The notes: generated by a model not told the origin, from the sequence alone. Counted from the stretch's first letter, positions 17,365-28,779 are shown. The stretch is 64,000 nucleotides of DNA from an uncultured Ignavibacteria bacterium (GCA_964537215.1 CAZIBI010000006.1:55221-119220), one strand, 5' to 3'. Numbers and translations are program-made.

Positions 17365-19887
17365 ATGACCGACGAAAGTTCGAACTTAGACTCGACCCGC
17401 GACTCAAGCTCAAAAAACATCGATGGCGACAAAACGGTCTCCTCACAAGGCGCAGCACCGTCGTCGCAATCACTCCGCGGGTTGCCGTCCGAGATCGGCG
17501 GCTACAAAATTATCAGCGTCCTCGGCGAGGGCGGCATGGGCATTGTCTATGAGGCCGAACAACCATCCCCGCGCCGCATGGTCGCCCTCAAGGTCGTTCG
17601 CGGCGTCGAACTTGTCGATGACATGCGTCTCAAAATGTTTGAGCGCGAGGCCGCAACTTTGGCGCGCCTCGATCATCCCAACATCGGTAGGATTTACGAG
17701 TCCGGCCGCACGCAGGATGGCCGCCATTTCTTCGCAATGGAGCTCGTGCGCGGCCCCATTCTCTCCGAATGGCTCTCCAAGCGTCCCCAGACTCTCGACC
17801 GCGCCGAATTGGAAACCCGCCTGCGCTTGTTTAGGCAAATCTGCGACGCCGTCCACTATGCTCATCAACGCGGCGTCATCCATCGCGACCTCAAGCCTTC
17901 GAACTTGATCGTAACTGACACGCCCGCGTCGGGCTCCGATATCACCACTGCCGCCATGATCAAGATTCTCGACTTCGGTTTGGCGCGCATCACCGAGGAA
18001 GACGTTGCCGCCACACAGGTCACCGAGATCGGCGTCATCAAAGGCACTCTCCCCTACATGTCGCCCGAGCAGGCACGCGGTGAAGTCGATTCCATCGACG
18101 TCCGCACCGACGTCTACGCGCTCGGCGTCATTCTGTACGAACTTCTGACGCGGCAGCGCCCTTACAAGGTCGACTCCGGTTCGCTGCTCTCGGCGGTGCG
18201 AATCATTTGCGAAGAAACCCCGCGGCCACTCGCGGAAAACTGGCACGCCACGATGCGTCTTGACCCCGACCTCGCAACCATCACGGCTACCGCGTTGGAA
18301 AAAGACGCCGACCGCCGTTATTCCAGCGCCCAGGCCTTCGGCGATGACGTCGGACGTTTCCTAAGTTCGCAGCCGATCCAGGCCCGGCCGCCGAGTACTG
18401 TATACCTCGTCAAGAAACTCATCGCTCGCCGCAAAGCGCTTTTTGCGACTTTGGCCGCAGCAATGGTTTTGCTCGTTGTCGCCGCAATTGCTTTGAGCGT
18501 GCTCTATGTTCGCTCCGAGGCAAACCTTGTCCGTGCACTCGACGCCGAACAATCAGCGCGCCGTGAGGCCGAAACTGCAAGACGAACTTCCGACTTCCTC
18601 GTCGGTTTGTTCCAAAGCTCCAACCCGGAAATGACCCGCGGCGAAACTGTCACTGCCCGCGAGGTCATCGACGAAGGTGCTGCACGGCTCGACAAAGAAC
18701 TCGCCAACGAACCGCTCATGCAGGCGCGGCTGATGTTCACCATCGCGCAGGTGTACAGGAGTCTTGGACTTTTCGACAAAGCCGCCACACTTGCGGATAA
18801 GTCTCTCTCAATTCGCCGCGCTAATCTTCCCGCTGGTTCGCTGGATATCGCAGGATCGGAACATTTGCGCGCGCAGATTTTGGAGGACCAGGGGAAGAGT
18901 GAAGAGGCAGTCAAAGGTTTTGCCGGCGCACTCGCGCTTTACGAAGCTGCCGGCACGGCCGGCACTGATGGTCTTATCGATGTGTTAGGAAATCTTAGCT
19001 GGCTCCTTGGACAAATTGGCGAACTCCAAGCCGCCGACAGCGCCATCGTTCGCGCGCTTAATCTGGCCACTGCGAAGCAGCCTCCCGATGAATCGCGTAT
19101 TCTTAATTTGCTCAATAATCAGGCGTCGATCGAGATAAACCTCGGTCGGCCCGACAGCGCTCTCGCAATTCTCAAAGTTGCGCTCCCGTTGAATATTAAA
19201 ATGCACGGCGATTCAAGCTATCTCACCGGCCGGGTCTTGACGAATATCAGTGTCGCTCAAAGTTTGATCGGCAATTTTGCCGAAGCAGGCGAGAATGCCG
19301 TCAAGGCGCTCGCAATCTATCGCGGAATCTACGGCGAAGACCATCCCGAAGTTGTGAAGGCGCTGGCGAATGTCGGCATCTATCTCGCCCAACAAGGAAA
19401 ACAGTCGGAAGCCCTGCCTTATTTTGAAAGTGCTGTTGTCGCGCTGACGAAAATCCACGGTGTCAATCACCCTGATGTCGCTTCCGGTTACGTCAACCTG
19501 GGATTTTGCCAATTCGAATCCGGCGACCCCAAGTCCGCGGTCGCTGACCTTAGCAAAGCAGTTGCCATTTACGAGAGCTTGGGTGAAACCGGCAGTTCTT
19601 CGTTTAGCCTCGCCCTTTATGATCTCGCCTTGGCGCGCGCCGCACTCGGAGAATTGGTTGAGGCCAAGTACTTGTTGACGCGCGTGATCGCGATTGACGA
19701 AAAGAACTACGGACCGGAATCCGGCGATGTCGCCGAGGACCTCAAAGCCATGGTCGACGTTCTCCGCAAGATGGGACAGGAAGCTGAAGCAAAAGTTCTC
19801 GAAGCTCGCGTCGATGCCATTAATGCAAAACTCGCTCCCCCATCAACTGCCGAGGCTCCTGCGGACTCGGGGTTGGTCGGCCAGTAA
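17365..19887 (+). CDS. Transmembrane Ser/Thr protein kinase with C-terminal TPR repeats
   Basis: GEGGMGIVY, HRDLKPSN, DFG, GTLPYMSPEQ, one transmembrane helix and multiple TPR-like repeats. ATG 17365 with GGAG RBS. Confidence 0.88.
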   Translation: MTDESSNLDSTRDSSSKNIDGDKTVSSQGAAPSSQSLRGLPSEIGGYKIISVLGEGGMGIVYEAEQPSPRRMVALKVVRGVELVDDMRLKMFEREAATLARLDHPNIGRIYESGRTQDGRHFFAMELVRGPILSEWLSKRPQTLDRAELETRLRLFRQICDAVHYAHQRGVIHRDLKPSNLIVTDTPASGSDITTAAMIKILDFGLARITEEDVAATQVTEIGVIKGTLPYMSPEQARGEVDSIDVRTDVYALGVILYELLTRQRPYKVDSGSLLSAVRIICEETPRPLAENWHATMRLDPDLATITATALEKDADRRYSSAQAFGDDVGRFLSSQPIQARPPSTVYLVKKLIARRKALFATLAAAMVLLVVAAIALSVLYVRSEANLVRALDAEQSARREAETARRTSDFLVGLFQSSNPEMTRGETVTAREVIDEGAARLDKELANEPLMQARLMFTIAQVYRSLGLFDKAATLADKSLSIRRANLPAGSLDIAGSEHLRAQILEDQGKSEEAVKGFAGALALYEAAGTAGTDGLIDVLGNLSWLLGQIGELQAADSAIVRALNLATAKQPPDESRILNLLNNQASIEINLGRPDSALAILKVALPLNIKMHGDSSYLTGRVLTNISVAQSLIGNFAEAGENAVKALAIYRGIYGEDHPEVVKALANVGIYLAQQGKQSEALPYFESAVVALTKIHGVNHPDVASGYVNLGFCQFESGDPKSAVADLSKAVAIYESLGETGSSSFSLALYDLALARAALGELVEAKYLLTRVIAIDEKNYGPESGDVAEDLKAMVDVLRKMGQEAEAKVLEARVDAINAKLAPPSTAEAPADSGLVGQ

Positions 19888-19896
19888 TCTCACCCA

Positions 19897-19945
19897 AAAA
19901 ATGCAGCGGCCGGGTTCGGCTTTTTGCCGCAAACCCGACCGGCTT
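19897..19945. terminator. Probable bidirectional terminator
   Basis: A-tract followed by gccgggtt...aacccgaccggc stem between convergent genes. Confidence 0.45.
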
Positions 19946-19979
19946 ATCGAACAATGCTTGCCGCCTTGTGACGGCAACC

Positions 19980-20540
19980 TTAGAGTTGGAACAGCAGTCC
20001 CAAATTGATCGAATAGAAATCCGATTGTGCGCCGTCCAAGACAGCGTCCGGCAATTCTTTGAACTTGTAATCAAGGAAGACATAGCGGACATCACCGAAA
20101 ATCTTCACATTCGGTGACGCCGGCAGTTCCAGTCCGGCGACCAAATGCCATCCGAACTCCTGGTCGGTATTGTCTTCGATTCCAGCAACATTGTGAACAT
20201 CGCTATAATCAAAGGTCGTATTATACCAGCCGGCGCCGATACCGCCGTAAATCATCGGCAACGGGTAGATTAATCCGGTTGCAGTCACCGGCCAATCCCT
20301 GACCGTCAACGCGCCCGATCCGAATTTCGCCTGACGATAACCAATGTCCCCTTCAAGAGCGAGTGCAGTGCCGAGCTTCAAACGGAGCGTAGCGCCACCG
20401 AGATAGTTGGTGTTGTCGCCGTCGTTGATTCTTTGGATACCGAGATGCGGCCCCACAAAAGCGCCGCCTTGTGCGTGCGCTGTAATCGGCAGCAGGAAAA
20501 TTGCCGCCAACAAGATTGCTGTACTGATTCTTCTAATCAT
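19980..20540 (-). CDS. Small outer-membrane beta-barrel protein (OmpA-transmembrane/porin-like)
   Basis: Signal peptide ending AHA, alternating beta-strand pattern and terminal NLGLLFQL signature. Confidence 0.8.
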   Translation of the reverse strand: MIRRISTAILLAAIFLLPITAHAQGGAFVGPHLGIQRINDGDNTNYLGGATLRLKLGTALALEGDIGYRQAKFGSGALTVRDWPVTATGLIYPLPMIYGGIGAGWYNTTFDYSDVHNVAGIEDNTDQEFGWHLVAGLELPASPNVKIFGDVRYVFLDYKFKELPDAVLDGAQSDFYSINLGLLFQL

Positions 20541-20884
20541 ATCATTCTCCTATTCTTTGGAGTCTGCCTGCGATTGTCCGTTCGCAGGCGAGTACAATTC
20601 TGTCGTCACGATGTGCCGACAAGGTACTTCTTTGATCCGCAACGCGGATCCATAACCCAACGGGTGAATGAAAGGAACTTGTAGTTTCTGACTGGCCAGA
20701 GGCGCTTCCTGTTTGAAATCGCCCTAAGGGAAAGACTACCTCTTACACAATCGTCGCCGGCAAAGGTTTGCTCTATCTGCAGAAAGTCGCGCTGCGCGCA
20801 ATAAATATGGACCTATCTTGTTGCAACTGAAGCGGGTGGGACTAACGATATCGTCGCGATTTTTTTGTGCGATATCCCGAACTC

Positions 20885-23131
20885 TTAGTCGAGACCGATT
20901 TTTTTGAGAAACTCCGGCCAGCGCGGGTCGGAATGCAGCGGATCAAGAAAACGGCTGACCTTTGTCAGCGGTATGCCGGCATCGCGAACTTCGTAGGCTT
21001 TTTCCAGCCATTCGAAGGCTTTGTCCAACTCGCCGCGATATCCATACACGATGGTGACTTGAAACGACCATTGCATACCCTCGGCGATCAACGCCTCCAA
21101 GTGCCGATCCGACTCTGCTTTGTTGCCCAGACCATATTCGATCATCGCCAGCGAGCATAACCGATAACCCGCCACCTTTTCTTTAGCGATAAGATTCTTC
21201 GCCTCCTCAAAGTTCCCTTTCAGAAAAGCAATCCATGACAAGCCGGTATTGATCGTCGCCATGTCCGGACTCATTTCCAAAGCCCGGCTTGTTGCAGCCC
21301 ACGCTTCGTCATCGCGCCGGGCGTAAGTGCAAATTCTTCCCATCTCGCGATGTGCCCACGGATTGAGCGGATCAAGTTCAATTGCTTGCTTGCACAGTTC
21401 GATCGCCCGATCAAAGTTTCCGAATAACATCTCCCAAACTGCCGCACTCGTGACGATTGCACTGTTGTTCGGGGCAAGCTCATGTGCTCTGCGAATGTGT
21501 GGCAGTCCTTCACGCATCTTCAATTCCAAGGCGGCGCAGACAAAACTGACCGCCTCGTGAGCTTCGGCTGACTCTTCATCGAGAGCCAGTGCTTTGTAAG
21601 CTGCTTCGCGCGCCAGAACATATTCATCTTCCCAATTCGTGAAGCCATAAGCAATCCTGGTTCCATAGGTGACACTTAGCCCCGCCCACGCGCGAACTTC
21701 ATTCGGATCGATTTTGATCGCCTTGTTGTACAGCTCAAGGGCTACCGACAAGCTCTCTCTTGTCATCTGTAATTGCGAGTGGTCTGCGCGAAGTATCAAT
21801 GCGTAACATTCCGGATTGATCGTTCGCTTCGTCGTTGATATACCGACTAACTTAACATGCATCGCCTTCGATACGGAACTCGCTATTTCATCCTGAACTG
21901 CAAAGATATCATCGAGCACGCGATCAAACGTCTCCGACCACAGATGAAATCCGTCCGCCACACTGACCAACTGCGCCGTTATCCGTACCCGGTTTCCGGA
22001 TTTTCGCACGCTGCCCTCAAGCAAAGTCCCAACACCCAGTTTTTGCCCGATGCCGCGCAAATCCTCCTGCTTGCCTTTGAATGCAAACGACGATGTCCGC
22101 CCCGTCACCTTCAACTCCGGATTCTTCGCAAGCACGTTGAGAAGTTCTTCTGTGAGTCCGTCGGAAAAGTACTCGTTCTCCGGATCGGCGCTCATATTTG
22201 TAAACGGCAATACTGCAATTGACGGTTTTGCGGCGGTCACCTTCGCCGTCGAAGGTCCATCCGAGCCAGCCAAGCTCTTGCCAAGCGCCCGCAAATCCGC
22301 CGCTAAATCCGCCGCCGATTGGTAGCGTTCGCCCGGCATCTTCGTCAGACACTTCGAGACAATTCGCTGCAACTCTGCTGGCACATCCGCTTTGTAGCGC
22401 GCCAGCGGCTCGGCATCTTCATTGATAATCTTGTTCATTGTGGCAGCGTCGCTGTCCAGCTTAAACGGCGTGCGCCCCGTCAACAACTCGTAGAGTACGA
22501 CGCCGAGCGAAAACAAGTCGGACCGTTGGTCTAGTTCATTCCCTCTCGCTTGTTCCGGCGACATATAAGCAATCGTACCCAGCGTCGATCCGGCTTTCGT
22601 CAGCATTTCGCCGCCCTGAACGCTTGCCAAGCCGAAATCCAAAATCTTCGGTCGCATTTCTTTGTCCAAGATGATATTCGCGGACTTGATGTCGCGATGA
22701 ATGATCCCGACCGCGTGCGCTTTCGCCAAACCCTCGGCAATTTGACCTGTGATCTCAACGATCTTCGCGATCGACGGTGTTCCCTCGCGGCAATAGTGCG
22801 CCACCGTCTTACCGTCGATATACTGCATCGCAAAGAACGGCTGTCCCTGCCATTCGCTGACTTCATGTATCGTCACAATATTCGGATGATCAAGTTGCGC
22901 CGCCGATTGGGCTTCGCGTGTAAACCGCGCCCGCACGTCCGAATCTTGCGCGATCTGCGGCGGCAAGAACTTCAGCGCGACCTTGCGAGTGAGCTTGGTG
23001 TCCTCGGCGAGATAAACTTCCCCCATGCCGCCGGCGCCGATTTTTTCGACAATGCGATAATGCGCCACCATCCTGCCTGATGCAAGATTCGTCGTGCTGA
23101 TGCGAGTCTGATCGGAATTCTGCTCGGTCAA
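20885..23131 (-). CDS. Ser/Thr protein kinase with TolB-like domain and TPR repeats
   Basis: GAGGMGEVY, HRDIKSAN, DFG, SIAVLPFTNMSADPENEYFSDG and TPR C-terminus. TTG at 23131 preferred because it has an AGGA RBS and parallels the N-terminus of the kinase at 17069. Confidence 0.88.
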   Translation of the reverse strand: MTEQNSDQTRISTTNLASGRMVAHYRIVEKIGAGGMGEVYLAEDTKLTRKVALKFLPPQIAQDSDVRARFTREAQSAAQLDHPNIVTIHEVSEWQGQPFFAMQYIDGKTVAHYCREGTPSIAKIVEITGQIAEGLAKAHAVGIIHRDIKSANIILDKEMRPKILDFGLASVQGGEMLTKAGSTLGTIAYMSPEQARGNELDQRSDLFSLGVVLYELLTGRTPFKLDSDAATMNKIINEDAEPLARYKADVPAELQRIVSKCLTKMPGERYQSAADLAADLRALGKSLAGSDGPSTAKVTAAKPSIAVLPFTNMSADPENEYFSDGLTEELLNVLAKNPELKVTGRTSSFAFKGKQEDLRGIGQKLGVGTLLEGSVRKSGNRVRITAQLVSVADGFHLWSETFDRVLDDIFAVQDEIASSVSKAMHVKLVGISTTKRTINPECYALILRADHSQLQMTRESLSVALELYNKAIKIDPNEVRAWAGLSVTYGTRIAYGFTNWEDEYVLAREAAYKALALDEESAEAHEAVSFVCAALELKMREGLPHIRRAHELAPNNSAIVTSAAVWEMLFGNFDRAIELCKQAIELDPLNPWAHREMGRICTYARRDDEAWAATSRALEMSPDMATINTGLSWIAFLKGNFEEAKNLIAKEKVAGYRLCSLAMIEYGLGNKAESDRHLEALIAEGMQWSFQVTIVYGYRGELDKAFEWLEKAYEVRDAGIPLTKVSRFLDPLHSDPRWPEFLKKIGLD

Positions 23132-23256
23132 TTGCGGCTTTCCTGCGAAGTTATAAGACTTAAGCGGTTCATATAATCTATTATACGGGAATAATAACCG
23201 TCTCAAGCACCATCAGCAACTTATTTACTTGAAAAGCGATGTTGAAGAGAAGCCTT

Positions 23257-23318
23257 GTAGGTCGAAACCCCTAATGGCAGACTGTGGCAATCTTGGACCA
23301 ACTTAGTGGGGTTTCGAC
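23257..23318. repeat. GTAG-type REP-like long hairpin
   Basis: gtag-gtcgaaacccc ... ggggtttcgac, an 11-bp inverted repeat. Confidence 0.5.
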
Positions 23319-23393
23319 ATCCCGACCACGCGCAGCCCGCTCATTAGTCGAGTCCTATGGCAGACCATCATAAACTCTGCCAAGCACCGCCCT

Positions 23394-25049
23394 CTACTCC
23401 CTCATCGGAATCTTGATATCCTCATGCTCGCTTGCAAACTTAGTTGCCTCATCATATCCGGCATCCACATGCCGCATCACGCCCGTCCCAGGGTCGTTCG
23501 TCAGCACCCGCTCAAGCCGCTTCGCCATCGCATCCGTCCCATCCGCGACCACAACCATTCCCGCATGAATCGAATACCCGATCCCGACGCCCCCGCCGTG
23601 ATGTATACTCACCCACGACGCGCCGGAGGCCGTATTAAGCATCGCGTTCAGAAGCGGCCAATCCGCGATGCAATCCGAGCCGTCCTTCATCGCTTCCGTC
23701 TCGCGATTCGGCGAGGCCACCGATCCGCAATCAAGGTGATCGCGCCCGATCACAATCGGCGCCGACAGTTTACCCTTCTTCACCAGATCATTAATGATCA
23801 ACCCGAATTTCGCGCGTTCGCCATAGCCCAGCCAGCAAATCCGCGAAGGCAGTCCCTGAAACGCCACGCGCTTGGCCGCCAGATCAATCCAGCGCACCAG
23901 CGCGGCATTGCCCGCAAACTCGCGCTTGATCACTTCGTCCGTTACAGCGATATCCTTTGGATCGCCCGACAACGCCGCCCAGCGGAACGGCCCCTTGCCT
24001 TCGCAAAACAGCGGCCGGATGTACGCCGGCACGAATCCGGGAAACGCAAAGGCGTTCTTCAGTCCGTGCGCCAGCGCCTGTCCGCGCAAATTGTTGCCGT
24101 AGTCAAAAACAATCGCGCCCTTCGTCTGCATATCAATCATCGCCTGCGTGTGAATCACCATCGCATCCTTGGCGCGCTGTATATATTCGTTTGGATTCGA
24201 TTTGCGCAATGCCAGCGCCGCCGCCAGCGTCATGCCGTGCGGCACATAGCCGTTCAGTTCGTCGTGAGCCGAGGTTTGGTCCGTCACGATATCGGGAATA
24301 ACTCCGCGCTTCACCAATTCCGGATGCGTCTCCGCGCAATTGCCGACCAGCCCGGTCGACAGCGGCTGCTTTTTCGCGCAGGCATCTTTGACCCAGGTCA
24401 GTGCTTCGTCCAATGATGACGTCTTCTTATCCAGATATCGCGTTTCAATCCGCCGGTCGATGCGATGCTCATCCACATCCACGCACAGGATCACCGCATT
24501 GTTCATCGTCCCCGCAAGCGGCTGCGCACCGCCCATGCCGCCAACGCCGCCAGTGAGAATGAACTTGCCCGACAAATCACCTTTGAAATGCCTGTCCGCG
24601 CATGCCGCGAATGTCTCGTACGTCCCCTGCAGAATTCCCTGCGTGCCGATATAAATCCACGACCCCGCCGTCATCTGGCCATACATGATTAATCCCAGCT
24701 TTTCCAGTTCGCGAAACTTCTCCCACGAAGCCCAATGCGGCACAATATTCGAGTTCGCGATCAACACGCGCGGCGCATATTCATGCGTGCGAAAAATACC
24801 GACCGGCTTGCCCGACTGCACGAGCAGCGTCTCGTCGTTTTCCAGCGACTTAAGGCTGCGCACGATCGCGTGATAGCAATCCCAGTTGCGCGCGGCCTTG
24901 CCCGAACCGCCGTACACGACGAGATTGGCAGGGTCTTCGGCAACATTTGGATCAAGATTATTATTGAGCATTCGCAGCGCAGCTTCCTGATGCCAGCCCT
25001 TGCATTGCAGGGGCGCTCCGAGACTATTACGAGCAGCAGTTTTTTCCAT
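23394..25049 (-). CDS. hutU: Urocanate hydratase
   Basis: [51 protein letters not shown] and HHGGGVG. ATG 25049 with GGAGG RBS. Confidence 0.97.
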   Translation of the reverse strand: MEKTAARNSLGAPLQCKGWHQEAALRMLNNNLDPNVAEDPANLVVYGGSGKAARNWDCYHAIVRSLKSLENDETLLVQSGKPVGIFRTHEYAPRVLIANSNIVPHWASWEKFRELEKLGLIMYGQMTAGSWIYIGTQGILQGTYETFAACADRHFKGDLSGKFILTGGVGGMGGAQPLAGTMNNAVILCVDVDEHRIDRRIETRYLDKKTSSLDEALTWVKDACAKKQPLSTGLVGNCAETHPELVKRGVIPDIVTDQTSAHDELNGYVPHGMTLAAALALRKSNPNEYIQRAKDAMVIHTQAMIDMQTKGAIVFDYGNNLRGQALAHGLKNAFAFPGFVPAYIRPLFCEGKGPFRWAALSGDPKDIAVTDEVIKREFAGNAALVRWIDLAAKRVAFQGLPSRICWLGYGERAKFGLIINDLVKKGKLSAPIVIGRDHLDCGSVASPNRETEAMKDGSDCIADWPLLNAMLNTASGASWVSIHHGGGVGIGYSIHAGMVVVADGTDAMAKRLERVLTNDPGTGVMRHVDAGYDEATKFASEHEDIKIPMRE

Positions 25050-25326
25050 CGTTATCCTCCAATTATTCAAATTAGCGCATTGCCGCAAGAGAGTCAAGGA
25101 CGGTAGATACCGACGCAGGAGGAATCAAAACCGCGGGGTTACTTCTTTGGCTCCCGTGCTCGCGATCATTCACATCTGCCGCGCCAAAAGGTGCCATTTT
25201 TTCGTTGCTTCAACTCACTCGATAGTATAATATCAGCATTCAGGCCGATTTGCCAATGTAGGCCTGTCATTCAACAACACTTTACTTACCAGATTTGGAT
25301 TTTTTGAATTCGTTCGGAGGAAACAA

Positions 25327-25533
25327 GTGAATTTGACAGAAAAATTCATCAGCAAGCAGAGCGACCTGCGCGGCGCGGAGCTCAAAGGATTTATGCAGCC
25401 CGGTAACAACAACCAATTGCTGCTGCTTTTCGAAAAAGACGGGCGTCTTATGGCGTTAAATATCACCGAACATCGCAACGGCGATAACTCGGTTGTCGAT
25501 ACAGAGCTTGATTACTACGAGATGCTTAGCTAG
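25327..25533 (+). CDS. Small hypothetical protein (68 aa)
   Basis: GGAGG RBS before GTG. Fills an otherwise empty gap and converges on the next gene. Confidence 0.55.
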   Translation: MNLTEKFISKQSDLRGAELKGFMQPGNNNQLLLLFEKDGRLMALNITEHRNGDNSVVDTELDYYEMLS

Positions 25534-25579
25534 TCAACCTGCTACCGTATCAACTTCTGTAAAATTTGTTTCGCTTCTT

Positions 25580-25615
25580 CCCCTCTCCCTCTGGGAGAGG
25601 GGTTGGGGTGAGGGC
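25580..25615 (+). repeat. REP-like palindrome CCCCTCTCCC-TCT-GGGAGAGGGG with GGGGTGAGGG tail
   Basis: 10-bp stem. Same family as the copies at 1 and 61283. Confidence 0.8.
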
Positions 25616-26145
25616 TACTTCCCCTTCGCCATCCCCAATATCAAACCCAGCGCAATCGACCAAATCGCTGCCAGTCCCACTTGCCATTCGCCCGGCAAAC
25701 TAAACGTCACCGTATGCGCCGGAATCCAAAACCAAAGCAACGTCCATAGCGCCGTGCTCATCCCCTTGAAACTCCACTCGCCCATAATCAGATTATCTTC
25801 GATGCGATGAAAAAACATCATCTGCGGTCCGAAAAACACATTCGTCAGCACTGACACCGCAAACGCCCGACCAATTCCCGTCGCTAAGAACTGCGGCAAC
25901 AGAGCGTGCTCGATCAACGTCGAAGTAAACCCCTTCATGCCGACAAAACCATACTTGATGACTATGCCCAGCAGCGCCCACGCTAATATCTTTAAGGGAA
26001 TCTGCCAATAATGCCCGCAGGGGAGCCCAAATTTCTTGTGCCGGACAGTGTGCGAAAGCGCTTCACCCAATGTCCCCAATATCCCAAACTGAATCGCCGC
26101 GGACAACAGCGGATTCGCCCGCACCCAACTTATGTAAGCTTCCAT
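25615..26145 (-). CDS. Membrane protein, probable Mpv17/PMP22-like family
   Basis: Four to five hydrophobic segments, FFGPQMMFFHR and FWIPAHTVTF motifs. Confidence 0.6.
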   Translation of the reverse strand: MEAYISWVRANPLLSAAIQFGILGTLGEALSHTVRHKKFGLPCGHYWQIPLKILAWALLGIVIKYGFVGMKGFTSTLIEHALLPQFLATGIGRAFAVSVLTNVFFGPQMMFFHRIEDNLIMGEWSFKGMSTALWTLLWFWIPAHTVTFSLPGEWQVGLAAIWSIALGLILGMAKGK

Positions 26146-26255
26146 TAGTTTGTAGGGAAGATCTCCTTATTGGTAGCACTTGAGCATCTGCATTAATCGT
26201 GATGGAGATCTGCCAATACTCTCTTGCTGGTATTGAGAGATTTCATTCCCGCCCC

Positions 26256-28475
26256 CTAAGCCATCACCTTCCCAATACTATCGAAGAACGCATCCTCCAG
26301 CGTCCCCAATTCCACATTAATATCTTCATTGATCTTGACACTGCCTCCGCCGACTGTGCCAATCTGCTCCAACGGCACATTCATCGAAGCCGCCAATTGC
26401 ACCAGGCTGCCCTTGCGGGAGGCGTCTGCGCTTAAGATCACACGCGACTGCGATTCGCCGAAATACAGCGCGTCCTTGCGTAGATCCGACTTCACGCTGA
26501 CTGTCGCACCAATCATCTTCTCGCGATTGCCGATGCACGACTCCGCGACAGCGACCGCGAACCCGCCTTCGGAAATATCATGCGCCGACTTGATCAACCC
26601 GTTGCGAATCGCTTCGAGAATAAACGCCTGCAGCTGTTTTTCGAACGCCATGTCCAGTTCCGGCGCATTGCCGGTAACGAGATTATGATTCATCTTCAGG
26701 TATTCGCTGCCGCCAAGCTCATTCTTCGTCGTTCCGGCGAGGAAAATCAAATCGCCGGCGTCCTTGAAATTATTCGTCGTGATATGCGCCACATCGTCGA
26801 TGATTCCCAGCATTCCGATCGTCGGCGTCGGATACACCGCCCGCTCCGGGTCCTCATTATAGAACGACACATTACCCCCCGTCACCGGCGTATCGAAAAC
26901 CCGGCATGCCTCGCCCATACCCTTCAAACACTCGGCAAACATGTAATACATTTCCGGTTTGTAGGGATTGCCGAAATTCAGGCAATTCGTGATCGCAACC
27001 GGGCGCGCGCCCGAGCAAGCGACATTGCGCGCCGATTCGGCGACTGCAATTTGTCCGCCCAACCGCGGATTGAGATAGCAATACCGCGCGTTGCAATCGG
27101 TCGACATCGCAATCCCCTTCTCCGAATGCCGGATCCGCAACACTGCCGCATCCGAACCCGGACCCACCACAGTATTCGTCCGCACCATCGAATCGTATTG
27201 CTCGAACACCCAGCGCTTCGAGGCGATATTATGCGAGCTCACCAGACGCGTAAGTATTTCCGAATAATTTTTCGGCTGCGGCAACTTGCTGAAATCGTAA
27301 TTCTGCGTCTCATCTAAATAGCCCGGCCGCTTCTGCTCACGCGTATACACCGGCGCGCCGCCGCCGAGCACGAGACACTCCGAAGGAATATCCGCGACCA
27401 CCTTGCCGCCCATCTTCACAACCATATTCTTGCTGTCCGTGACTTGCCCGATTTCGACGCAATTCAAATCCCACTTGTCGAAAATCGCCTTGATCCGGTC
27501 CTCGGTACCCTTCTTGCCGACGACGAGCATCCGCTCTTGCGATTCGGACAGCATGATTTCGTATGCGCTCATCCGCTCTTCGCGCACGGGCACTAGATCG
27601 AGATTGATTTCAATTCCGCTTTCGCCCTTGGCTGACATCTCCGAACTGCAGCAAGTCAATCCTGCGGCGCCCATATCTTGCACGCCGACAATCAGGTCTT
27701 CCTTGATAATTTCCAGCGTCGCCTCGAGCAGCAACTTCTCCGTAAACGGATCGCCGATCTGCACCGATGGCCGCTTCGATTCCGACTTTGATGAAATCTC
27801 TTCCGAGGCAAACGTCGCTCCGTGAATGCCGTCGCGTCCGGTCGAGGATCCCACGATGAATACCGGATTCCCTGCGCCCTTCGCGACTGCCGAGGCCATC
27901 CTGTCTTTCTTGCAAATCCCCACCGCCATCGCATTGATCAATGGGTTCGCATAGTAGCAATCTTCGAAATACACTTCGCCGCCCACGGTCGGCACACCAA
28001 AGGAATTGCCGTAATCGCCGATTCCGCGCACTGCGCCGTTGAACAAGTAGCGCGAACGTGCCTCGGACAACGGCCCAAAGCGAAGCGAATTCAGCGCCGC
28101 AATCGGCCGGGCACCCATGCAGAACACATCGCGCAAAATCCCCCCGACTCCGGTTGCGGCACCTTGATACGGTTCGACCGCCGACGGATGATTGTGCGAC
28201 TCGATCTTGAAAACGACCGCCAAATCGTTGCCGAGATCAACCGCGCCCGCATTTTCTTCGCCGGCTTCGGTCAAAAGCGCCTTGCCCGAGCGCGGCAACG
28301 TCTTGAGCAACGCGATTGAGTTCTTATATGAGCAATGCTCCGACCACATCACCGAGAAAATGCCCAGTTCGGTATATGAGGGCTCGCGTCCCAAAATTTG
28401 CTTGATTTTTTCGTATTCGTCCGGCGTTAAGCCGTGGTGTGCGACTAATTCAGGGGTGATTTTCGGTTCCGCCAT
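26256..28475 (-). CDS. purL: Phosphoribosylformylglycinamidine synthase subunit PurL
   Basis: [46 protein letters not shown] and NCLNFGNP. Confidence 0.97.
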   Translation of the reverse strand: MAEPKITPELVAHHGLTPDEYEKIKQILGREPSYTELGIFSVMWSEHCSYKNSIALLKTLPRSGKALLTEAGEENAGAVDLGNDLAVVFKIESHNHPSAVEPYQGAATGVGGILRDVFCMGARPIAALNSLRFGPLSEARSRYLFNGAVRGIGDYGNSFGVPTVGGEVYFEDCYYANPLINAMAVGICKKDRMASAVAKGAGNPVFIVGSSTGRDGIHGATFASEEISSKSESKRPSVQIGDPFTEKLLLEATLEIIKEDLIVGVQDMGAAGLTCCSSEMSAKGESGIEINLDLVPVREERMSAYEIMLSESQERMLVVGKKGTEDRIKAIFDKWDLNCVEIGQVTDSKNMVVKMGGKVVADIPSECLVLGGGAPVYTREQKRPGYLDETQNYDFSKLPQPKNYSEILTRLVSSHNIASKRWVFEQYDSMVRTNTVVGPGSDAAVLRIRHSEKGIAMSTDCNARYCYLNPRLGGQIAVAESARNVACSGARPVAITNCLNFGNPYKPEMYYMFAECLKGMGEACRVFDTPVTGGNVSFYNEDPERAVYPTPTIGMLGIIDDVAHITTNNFKDAGDLIFLAGTTKNELGGSEYLKMNHNLVTGNAPELDMAFEKQLQAFILEAIRNGLIKSAHDISEGGFAVAVAESCIGNREKMIGATVSVKSDLRKDALYFGESQSRVILSADASRKGSLVQLAASMNVPLEQIGTVGGGSVKINEDINVELGTLEDAFFDSIGKVMA

Positions 28476-28501
28476 CTATCCTCCGTCACGGAAAGAGCGG
28501 A

Positions 28502-28529
28502 ATAATACGACTCTTGGCGCCAAAATCAA
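28502..28529 (-). promoter_or_regulatory. Putative purL promoter
   Basis: Minus-strand TTGATT-N16-TATTAT, the same arrangement as upstream of rpmB. Confidence 0.45.
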
Positions 28530-28597
28530 CGGGATTTGTGGTTTTTATGGGTTTTGGAGGCCGTGGATACGAAATGTCTTGGCAATTCCGAGTAGAC

Positions 28598-28773
28598 AAA
28601 AAAACGCCGGGAGACCCAATTAGCTACTAACCGATTCACGGTTTAGGGCCGTCTCATCCATCCATTGGATAAGGGTTCCTCGATTACTACGGTGCGCACC
28701 TCGCTACCACTTGGGTGCATCTGGTGCCGACCAGGCCGGGGATATCCGGTCTAAATATTTGGGTCTCCCGGTC
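28598..28773 (-). ncRNA. Structured non-coding RNA candidate of ~170 nt (6S-like or unassigned)
   Basis: Perfect 13-bp pairing of its ends (28607-28619 with 28759-28771), internal hairpins, a U7 tract after the 3' arm and a promoter placing +1 at the 5' arm. Confidence 0.6.
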
Positions 28774-28779
28774 GCAATT

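Noticed and set aside
23424-24416. Long antisense ORFs (330 aa opposite hutU, and similar ones opposite glyQS, purL, ftsI, murE, murF and the kinases)
   Set aside because: They are shadow frames of high-GC genes, with no recognisable motifs or RBS and Arg/His-skewed composition.
28598-28773. Purine-related riboswitch (ZTP, PRPP/ykkC) or SAM, lysine, c-di-GMP or c-di-AMP riboswitch controlling purL
   Set aside because: Only short fragments resemble these consensus sequences, and not in a complete arrangement. purL has its own promoter-like sequence downstream of the U-tract.
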